In this document: piece after piece, positions 55,901 to 64,000 of the stretch
Position numbering within the stretch: position 1 is the first letter of the stretch
How the letters are laid out: each line of letters starts with the position of its first letter
From: Macrostomum lignano
Lineage: Eukaryota
DNA: 64,000 nucleotides
Direction: 5' to 3'
Assembly: GCA_002269645.1 (NCBI GenBank)
Contig: NIVC01001554.1
Coordinates: 62,001 to 126,000 of the forward strand
Position numbers and translations under genes: made by a program
Notes under the pieces: model-generated
Seen by the model: only the letters and a program-made list of their open reading frames with translations
What the model was told of the DNA's origin: nothing
Database searches by the model: none

Positions 55901-58900
55901 GACCAGATGTCTCGGGGTCACACTTGACCACCGGCTCAACTGGTCCTTCCACGTGAAAGCAAAAGCCAAGCGTGCCTCAGCCATCCTGGCCCAGCTCCGA
56001 CGAGCACTTGGCACTTCTTGGGGTCTATCCCCAAAGCGGCTTTGGTGGATCTATACTTCCGTAGTTAGACCTGCCATTACGTACGCCTCTGTTGTCTGGG
56101 TTAGCGCTACCCAGGTCAAAAGCCATGCAGACCTGCTCAACACGATCCAAGGCAGAGCGTGTAGGCTCATCTGCAACGCCACCAGGTCCACGCCCTTTGC
56201 TGGCATGGGGGCCTTCCTTAATCTTCCGCCTCTTGACCTCTTCATCAGGGGTGAGGCGGCTAGAACGACGCGGCGTCTAATTGATGCCGGCGTCAAATTC
56301 ATTTACATGAGAGCACCTGCTAAGCGGAACCTTGTCCCGCATAGCGATCTGTGCCTCAACTTTCTCAACGAGTGTCAGGCCAATCGCGTCTTCACCGATG
56401 GCATTGCCTCAACGCTCAACCTGAGACAGCGCTACTCCGTAGCTATCGACTCGCGCGATAACATCAATGACCATTGGAACCCTGGTGAGCTTCATTGCTA
56501 CACCGACGGTTCTAAGCAGTCAGCCAACACCGGCTTTGGTGTTGGAATCTTTCTGAACGGGAGGGTCATCGCTACCCACGCTCAATACACTGGGGTCAAC
56601 TCCAGTGTTTTCCAAAATGAAGTTCTGGCCATCAGCTCCTGCACTGCAGAGCTTCTCGCCACTGGCGTTACTGGTAAGAACATCATTTTCCATTCGGACA
56701 GCCAAGCTGCCTTGCACGCCATCAGTGGCTGCAGCACCAACTCTGCTACAGTCCTTGACTGTATCAAACTCCTCAATGTGTTGGGTTCCGCCAACAAAAT
56801 TACCCTTAAGTGGGTTCCGGGGCATGTGGGGATCCGAGGAAATGAGTTGGCTGACACCCTTGCAAAAGTTGGTGCCTCCGGCTCCTCTCTCGGCCCCGAA
56901 CCTCTTGTCCCGATTCCTGGCTGTGTCATCGACTCACGCATCAAAGCGTGGATCAGGACTCAGCACCGCTCGACTTGGGCGAACCGCACGAACTGCAGGC
57001 AATCCAGAGGCGCTGTCCCTCAGCCCTCTCACCAGCTCCGGAAGCTCCTCTTGCGCCTCTCGCGCAGAGACATCCGGGCTGCCACCATGACCCTCTCTGG
57101 TCACGGCTGCTTCTCCAGGCACCAGTACCTGCAGGGCAACGCCACCAACGCCACCTGTAGTTTCTGCAACTCAGGTGACGAAACCGCTGAGCATTTCGTC
57201 AGCATCTGTCCCGCCTTCACGCGGGCCAGACTCACTTACCTCGGGCCACACACATCTATTACTGAAGCGTGCAAACCCGAAAACTTTAATCAGCTCATGC
57301 GCTACCTTCGGGCCACCCGCAGGGCTGAACTCTCCTTTCCAGAGAGCACCATAGCTGCTGGCGACACTGGGGGACCTCCCTGGGCGGCGCCAACCCTCCG
57401 TCCATAGCGACGCGTCGGCCGTTCAGGGACTAGCGGAATGGGCGCCCGCGCCTTCCCGCTGTGTCCCCTCCGGGACAGCCCTGCAGCTAAGTCAAAGTAA
57501 GTCAAAGCCATTTTCTAATTTTAGTGAGCTCCTTGCTTCTTCAGCTGCTTCTACGTTTCTCCCTGAGCAGATGGAGCACCTTAGTGGTAGAAAGTTTAGA
57601 AGTGTAGTAAGAATGTGCACCCAGCAAAAAGATACGTTTTCATGTGGCGTTCTGACCTGCTTATTTGGCCGCAATTTGTTTCTTGATAAGTGCCTACTAG
57701 CTTAGCTACTCATCTGAGCCATCGGCGAACAAAGAAATAAAACCGACAAAGATAACTGTTAGATTTAACCTTCTCCTTAGTTTACTTCACACTTCAGATT
57801 GAATTGGAGTCTTAGACTACTAGCAGTATTATTGAATGATGATGTTGAATAAAGAAAGGGACAATGCAGTTATCGCGGATCAAGTCTGACGTGATATTTA
57901 TGGGGTGTTTTATGTTTCGTTGCACGAAATGTTTTGATGCTTATTTTCTGTAGTTTGATTCTCAGTTGCTGACGGGATTACCCCATCGTCTGAGTCGATA
58001 ACATTAATTCTGTTCGATTTTACTAATGTGCACTGTTTAGCAAAGTGATCACTTTTCCGACGTTTGGCGCCTGTCTTTGGCGTTTGCACGTTCTGCAGTT
58101 GTTCGGTGGGCGATTTCGCTTACCCTTGTCGGAGTTGTCAATTGCGAATCGGTTTGAGACTCATTTGCTTCTGCGGTAGGCAGATCAATTTCTTAAAGTG
58201 ATACCTGATACTCTCCAGTCATAATTTAGTCGCAAACTTTCTTTGCCATTTTGAGAGTCAGGTCTTACTTTATTCTGGTAGTCGTTCGACAAATTTGCTA
58301 TCTCGATAAAAGATAAAAGAGAATAAAAATGCCCTTAGCCTGCTGTCAGTAGGCTAGTAAGTTTAGAGCCCATGTGCCAGCGCGGGATTTGGGAAAAAGT
58401 GCGTCCTCATCAAAATGTCGTAAAAACATTTGCTAGGGAATATCTCAGCTTGTGAAGCGTCTTTGTGTGTGTCTGAGGTGTCTTTTTAAAGCAGAGACAT
58501 GCGTAAAACAGCTGTGCAAATTTCATGCAGAAAGACCAAAGTGGGACGATGTAGCGGCTTCTCAAAAAACTACTATATACAGTATTCGGTATATTGGGAA
58601 ACGTCGTAACAACAGTTGCTAGGGAATATCTCAGCTTGTGAAGCGTCTTTGTGTGTGTCTGAGGTGTCTTTTTAAAGCAGAGACATGCGTAAAACAGCTG
58701 TGCAAATTTCATGCAGAAAGACCAAAGTGGGACGATGTAGTGGCTTCTCAAAAAACTACTATATACAGTATTCGGTATATTGGGAAACGTCGTAACAACA
58801 GTTGCTAGGGAATATCTCAGCTTGTGAAGCGTCTTTGTGTGTGTCTGAGGTGTCTTTTTAAAGCAGAGACATGCGTAAAACAGCTGTGCAAATTTCATGC

Positions 58901-60668
58901 AGAAAGACCAAAGTGGGACGATGTAGCGGCTTCTCAAAAAACTACTATATACAGTATTCGGTATATTGGGAAACGTCGTAACAACAGTTGCTAGGGAATA
59001 TCTCAGCTTGTGAAGCGTCTTTGTGTGTGTCTGAGGTGTCTTTTTAAAGCAGAGACATGCGTAAAACAGCTGTGCAAATTTCATGCAGAAAGACCAAAGT
59101 GGGACGATGTAGTGGCTTCTCAAAAAACTACTATATACAGTATTCGGTATATTGGGAAACGTCGTAACAACAGTTGCTAGGGAATATCTCAGCTTGTGAA
59201 GCGTCTTTGTGTGTGTCTGAGGTGTCTTTTTAAAGCAGAGACATGCGTAAAACAGCTGTGCAAATTTCATGCAGAAAGACCAAAGTGGGACGATGTAGTG
59301 GCTTCTCAAAAAACTACTATATACAGTATTCGGTATATTGGGAAACGTCGTAACAACAGTTGCTAGGGAATATCTCAGCTTGTGAAGCGTCTTTGTGTGT
59401 GTCTGAGGTGTCTTTTTAAAGCAGAGACATGCGTAAAACAGCTGTGCAAATTTCATGCAGAAAGACCAAAGTGGGACGATGTAGCGGCTTCTCAAAAACT
59501 ACTATATACAGTATTCGGTATATTGGGAAACGTCGTAACAACAGTTGCTAGGGAATGTCTCAGCTTGTGAAGCGTCTTTGTGTGTGTCTGAGGTGTCTTT
59601 TTAAAGCAGAGACATGCGTAAAAGTTTCTATAAATTCACAGTATCTTGCGTAATAAATAGACAATTTTGTTAAACATTTACTGAACGATTTCTGAATGTC
59701 TGTCTGAATGTCTGTCGGGAAACCAATACATCTATGTGATTATTGTTTTGTAAGCTTTATATTCACATAATAGATTATAACAGTAATAAAATATACATGT
59801 GCATATTCCTCTTCTATTAGTTTTATATTTTCATAGCAAAGCTTTTCAAAAGTTCTGACTGATTTTCAAATAGAGAATTAAATTTTATCATTGTCACTAA
59901 CTAACTTTATAGCATAATTCTTTAGCTTCCCCTGCTTTATTATTTTAGCCTATGCCCTCCAAACAGTTAAATTGTGCCACAATGTCAATTGGACCATGTA
60001 CCAATTCTTAATAATAAATAAAATTTTAATAGCAACAGCAAGAAATGCTTATGTTAGCATAGAAGCCCTGGAATACTTGCAGGCCTTAAGTGCTAATGAT
60101 ATTTTTTTAGCAACAAAGCAAAGTATTTATAGACTTTAACAATAATAAGTAAACCTTTGGCAGAACTATTTTTGTTAGATTTTTTTAGCTTTATATATGC
60201 TAAGCATTAAGAAACTAAGAACTTGGTTCTATTAAATATTCTAGATATGTAAAAAATATCATACAAGACTTAGGCCTAAAAGTAATGATATAGGCCTAAT
60301 AGAACCTTGGAAAATTAGGCTACCCTTGGAATTTTTTTCTGAACTCTCAGCACAGCATATGCTTGGCAATTTTTAGAATTTATTCCAATGAGGTCTTGAC
60401 TCTTGTGCTCTAAGAAAAATCAATACTTTTGCTTGCATTGAAAAATCCTATACACTTCAGACTTGTAGGCCTATGCTATGAGTCTGAGTATGACCAGGCC
60501 TAGGGCTGGGCATACATGTAGTAGTCAGATATGTTATATGTATAGAAATATATGTTTAATGTTAGTATTATTAGAATTTATAACATTCCCTTTCTTACAA
60601 GCATACTTAGACTTACCATCGTAATAATAGCAAACTCTTTTCTTGGTTCCAGTCAAAGAGCTGGTCAT
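46966..60668 (-). CDS. HDAC1: Class I histone deacetylase HDAC1/2 (Rpd3), 499 aa (exons 60668-60617, 49469-48602, 47928-47699, 47315-46966)
   Basis: [43 protein letters not shown]...[19 protein letters not shown]...[15 protein letters not shown]...[16 protein letters not shown]...[18 protein letters not shown]...; exons total 1500 nt, all introns GT-AG. Intron 1 (49470-60616) is 11.1 kb. Confidence 0.97.
47922..48373. repeat. 41-bp minisatellite containing the HDAC exon-3 splice acceptor in its unit
   Basis: Unit CACGTTTCTAGGAATTGGGGGCGATTTTGGGATCAGCTGGT, ~11 copies; on the gene strand most copies read ...CCCAATTCCTAG/AAACGTG. Confidence 0.93.
49764..51144 (+). repeat. 186-bp tandem array in the left foldback arm (~7.4 units)
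   Basis: GAGAAGCC recurs at 49895, 50081...; period 186 bp. Confidence 0.97.
51604..51845 (+). ncRNA. HDV-like self-cleaving ribozyme at the LINE 5' end
   Basis: P1 GCACGCG (51604-10) pairs with CGCGTGT (51801-07), with a G1-U wobble; P2 CCCA(G) (51784-88) with (C)TGGG (51840-44); P3 GGG (51788-90) with CCC (51798-800); L3 TACTCGT; P1.1 AC (51792-93) with GT (51808-09); P4 hairpin 51810-51835; candidate catalytic C51836. Confidence 0.8.
52123..53628 (+). CDS. LINE ORF1 (nucleic-acid-binding/chaperone), 501 aa from the first ATG
   Basis: Intact ORF upstream of the APE-RT ORF; disordered basic termini around a globular core (…[20 protein letters not shown]…SIVLGLS…[11 protein letters not shown]) resembling DUF4780-type ORF1 as recalled; no CCHC knuckle. 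Confidence 0.8.
   Translation: MAFEPSMDNQANSRDGDPSKPQPQSEGPAGPAGRSQPTDSTVAKEGPAGSAGRSDQSYQTQNTQRPASSAGGSKGTASSEPKGPAKSGRSDEAQRARLERKRAKQRAKRQAKKGAAGAKAAASTMDAEATGVPRQPGGPAGGSSSSSAAALPGAAAAAAEAETTAQQMATANKEVPSGATFAAKAKAKIPGVIIQGRDQDWTTDQLQKVWSAVDSYLIELTVEEGISIGIERMVLRSTFVLIAPSSEEDARRLLQRLPTVSLDADLGGALFLREGQRPKTIPYVVFVPAKSTAAGPDVIRRVLLRLNPDLPASGLVYHRKVRRGETGNSIVLGLSSTWASRYPNGSSFQLGALKLKMRRGKSAKGKATANPGISGKSGAQSKAQGKAQADPKAKAASRPSASSSSATAVTAPAKPREPNLPVGEGVEDEAGSSESELSSATLVGSEGKDAGEEASSILSSEPEDSAGGAGGGEEAMDVDQLPSPSQAPAAWDEDDLLSKSP
53668..57407 (+). CDS. LINE ORF2 (APE endonuclease-reverse transcriptase-RNase H-zinc knuckle), one -1 frameshift at ~54394-54396
   Basis: APE: [33 protein letters not shown]: [37 protein letters not shown]. 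RNase H: [34 protein letters not shown]. Knuckle: CSFC...[10 protein letters not shown]. Adding one A at 54394-96 gives a single ~1246-aa ORF. Confidence 0.93.
58430..59625 (-). repeat. 186-bp tandem array in the right foldback arm (~6.4 units, inverted)
   Basis: Reverse complement of the 49764-51144 array; one unit shorter. Confidence 0.97.
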
Positions 60669-61340
60669 TCTGAGATTAAGATTCTGGTAATAATGTTGAA
60701 CGAAACAATATTACAGAAATTTGGCCCTGATAATTTAACTTCAGTGGTATAATAAGAGATGGTGATTCAGAAAAAGTCAATTAGTCAGCATCAGCAGAGC
60801 AAAACTCAAAAGCAAAGCTAAATTAACAACTGCAACTCGTTTGATCTTTGTTCGCTAGATAAATAGTAAATAAAAAATAGCGGCTGGGAAAAGTGTACTC
60901 GTAATTTAGTTCATGTTTCTTTTAAAATATCGTCACTGACGAGAACTTTTCATTCAACATGCACCAGATTAAAGAAAAGATCGGTAGTCAGAAGATTCAT
61001 ATATGCCTGAATCGGCTGAGGCCTCTGTTATAACTTTAAATGTATAAGGCAAGGACGACTAGTTGTTCTTGGGAATGTGCACATATAGGTACAATGTATG
61101 TTTTAAATGCATGTGTACATAAAATTCTATGGTTTTTGACGCATTAATCAATGGTTTTATATTCACTCTTAAAAAGGGAGGAATGTGTGAATATAAATCA
61201 CGGATCGGAGTTTTTCATATTGTGCCAAAAAAAATGAAAGTTTCTACCTCGTGCATGACCGTAATATTCGCGGTGCGAAGGGAGTCCATAAGAATTGCCC
61301 GCAGACAAATTGCCCGCCGTGATTTGCCCGGTCTTCAATT

Positions 61341-62400
61341 CCTGCTGCTGCTGAGCCTCCAAAGCGGCTTCCGCTCGGACAGGTCCACTACCGAGCAGGT
61401 TGCCACCATCCGCTCTGTCATCGAGGCCTGCAAGACCCGCCAGCGCTCCGTGTCAATTATCTTCGCCGACTTTCGCAAGGCGTTTGACTCGGTGTCCAGG
61501 CCTGCGATCGCGTGGCTTCTATCTCATTATGGCGTACCTGCTGCGCTGCTGAGCGCGGTGATAGACCTCTACCGCAACTCCAGGGCTTTGTCATGTCGAG
61601 CGACGGCCCCACAGAAGAGTTCGGCACCAGCTCAGGCGTCCTTCATGGCGACGCGCTGGCTCTTCTGCTCTTCCTCGTAGTTGTGGACTACGTGCTTCGT
61701 CGGTCCCTCCGCGAGGATGACAGCTACTTCTTGCTGGTCCCACGCCGAAGCTCCAGACACCCTGCTGTTTCGCTTCTCGCTCTCGCGTATGCTGACAACA
61801 TCGCTCTGCTCTGCCGCGATCCAGCTGCTGCCCAGCGCGCTCTCACAAGGCTTTGCAATGAGGGTGCCCGTGTTGGGCTGCGGCGATTGTCTCCGACAGG
61901 AGGAACCAGGCCTGGCGCGCCGCGCACTTCCTCAGGAACATTTTCATTCAGCTGCCAGAGAGGACCTGAAGGTGCGCCTGTTCCTCGCGGCCTTCTGTAC
62001 GGCATGGAGGCTGTGCCGCTGACCGAGACGCGAGAGCGGGCCTTGGACGCGCTTTACCGATCGCTGCTGCGCTACGCGCTGGGCGTGCACTACCCGGAGC
62101 GCCTACCGACCAACGCTCTGATGGCCCACGCCGGAGCTCCGCCCCTGAGCGCTACCCTGCGCCGGCGCCGCCAGATGCTCCAGACCCTGGGTCGCGGTGC
62201 GCCCGTCCCTCTGGCCCTGGCCATGCTGCACCGGCCGACCGAGCAATTGCGCCACGGCCAGGCCCGCACTGCCACTCTAACGGACTGCCTCATCGCAGAC
62301 TTGCAGGCGCTTAAGCTGACCCCTCAGGCTGCTGCTGCCTGCCCCTCCCGCCTGTTCTGCGAGCGCGTGCGCGCGAGGCGCCTCCCCACTGCGTCTTAAT
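61341..62400 (+). pseudogene. Degenerate 5'-truncated non-LTR RT fragment (RTE-like)
   Basis: QSGFR..RST, FADFRKAFDSV, SGVLHGDAL (QG changed to HG), AYADNI (YADD changed to YADN), LLYGMEA...LLRYALGV; frameshift near 61585 and internal deletions. Confidence 0.85.
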
Positions 62401-63116
62401 ATATGTAATGACCATACTGCATACATATGTATATTCCGCGCAAAGCCAGGCCGAGTAGCCCGAGTAGTTGCAGACTAATTAAAAATGTATTTTTGGTAGA
62501 CATAAATGTATTGGTTACTGATCAGATTTAATTATTAATTAAACTCAATTCATGTACATGTACATGTAAATGTTATATTTAATCGCATAAAAATATACAT
62601 GCACCTGAGATGCTGCACATGCAATAAATCATCAACATCCAGGATGTAAATGTACATGTAAATTTAGACTGCATGCATATACGCATGTACATGCATGTAT
62701 AAGATATTCTATGGGTTTGAGGTCGGTATGTGATTAAATCCTGAGAGCCATTTAAACTACTTTAATTTTGCGGGATGTATTCAGATAAATCCCGGAGCCA
62801 TACCTATGTCTATGGCTCATGTCTATGGTTGAAGTTCGGGATGGGTGTGTGGGGGCGAAGCCCCTGTTGGGAGTGTGGGGGATTTTTACCATAGACAAAA
62901 TTTCATCAAGAAATTTCTCGAGTCACGAAGGAAGAGAAGAGAGAAGCTGCTCGCTTATTTAGATACATACAATAATTCTTGTAATATGTCCGGGAAAGTG
63001 ATCGATTAAATCCGGCAAAATAAAATCTATGTCAATAACCTCCCTGAAAGTGAGCTTTAAAGTGGTTTAAGATTATGTAATCCACTTTGCCTGTGCGTAA
63101 TAGCGTAACTCTGCTA

Positions 63117-63560
63117 CCATAGACAAACCAACGAGATGGATAGACATAGATAGCGGAGATAACTCATTATCTCCGGCGGAGATACGGCGTTATACTCGTA
63201 TTCAGGTTACATACCGCGGATTACGTAAATAATAAACGCCGTTTAATTCACATTCTGTGGTTAGAATGTCTGAGGCTGCGTTTAATGGTCTCGAGGCGAG
63301 CGTAGCGAGCCGAGGACCATTGATTGCAGCCGAGGATATTCTAACCATAGACTATGATGAATTAAACGGCGTTTATCATATATTAAATTCGATTGCTCCT
63401 GATTTCGAGGAGATTATATGATATAATATCCTAGTTTTTGTTAAAAATTACCACAGACAACACATTCCCGGCTCAGAATAGTACAATTTTTTAACGATTA
63501 AATAAGCAATCGTATTTTATATACAAAGAATCGCCTGATACGAGGAGATACTGTCTATGG
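63117..63560. mobile_element. Palindromic MITE-like element with CCATAGACA termini
   Basis: CCATAGACA (63117-25) and TGTCTATGG (63552-60); internal 19-bp perfect inverted repeat 63232-50/63358-76 enclosing a further hairpin; similar terminal word at 8769, 62807-62828 and 62889. Confidence 0.45.
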
Positions 63561-64000
63561 CTCATCTCCTCGTATCAGGCGATTCTTTTTTATGTTCATG
63601 ACTGATTCATAAAAAGCCACAATCATAACGATTAAACAGTTTATAATTAAACAATCAAAAGTATAATTTTAAATCTACAGCTACAGCCTGCAAGCATGAA
63701 TGCAGTGATGCAAGGTCTATTTTTTCCGTCAATTCCGTCAGCGCATCACGATCAGGTCTTATAATTGTTGAGTTCTCATTAGTTTTAGCCATTAAATGTA
63801 TGATTCATTATTATTTAATTGCGTGGCCGTATACGAGTATTTAATGCACGTGTAATTTTTTAATACAAACTTAATTGCAGCAGATTCGAACGCACGACGA
63901 CAATTTTAGTATGGCATGGCAACACGCACGTTGCAACTCGAGCATATTATCGGAATGACGTACTGCACGCTGGACTGACTTATTACGCCCTCTTATTGTG

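Larger units (their letters stand above)
51604..57506 (+). mobile_element. Full-length non-LTR retrotransposon, I-group/LOA-like, with target-site duplication
   Basis: TSD GCCATTTTCTAAT at 51591-51603 and 57507-57519; ~520-nt 5' UTR; ORF1; ORF2 (APE-RT-RNase H-CCHC); ~100-nt 3' UTR ending in (TAAGTCAAAG)x2. Clade assignment is inferred from the domain layout. Confidence 0.93.
49655..59731. mobile_element. Foldback-type DNA transposon with long modular inverted arms
   Basis: Left arm 49656-51144 (ATGTATTGGTTTCCCGACAGACATTCAG...) is the reverse complement of right arm 58430-59731; direct repeat CTATGTGA flanks both sides (49647-49654, 59732-59739). No transposase ORF seen. Confidence 0.88.

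Overview
Eukaryotic (metazoan) genomic DNA with GC-rich exons and AT-rich or minisatellite-filled introns; no prokaryotic operons or CRISPR. A free-living flatworm such as Macrostomum is plausible but this is inference only. I spliced six genes by hand: the 3' part of DDX46/Prp5 (+), a 4-EF-hand calmodulin-like gene (-) with an 8-kb satellite in intron 2, a universal stress protein (+), an equilibrative nucleoside transporter (+), a CAP/SCP-EGF-TM membrane protein (+) and HDAC1/2 (-). A seventh, unidentified multi-pass membrane ORF has uncertain structure. The most notable structure lies in HDAC intron 1. It is a ~10.1-kb foldback-type element (1.5/1.3-kb inverted arms built of 186-bp tandem units, 8-bp TSD). 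Inside it sits a full-length LOA/I-group LINE (13-bp TSD; ORF1; APE-RT-RNaseH-CCHC ORF2 with one frameshift) whose first nucleotide begins a complete HDV-like ribozyme fold. Also present: CORE-type SINEs, a box C/D snoRNA candidate, a degenerate RT fragment, palindromic MITE-like DNA and about 20 distinct minisatellites. All coordinates were read by eye; no searches were run.
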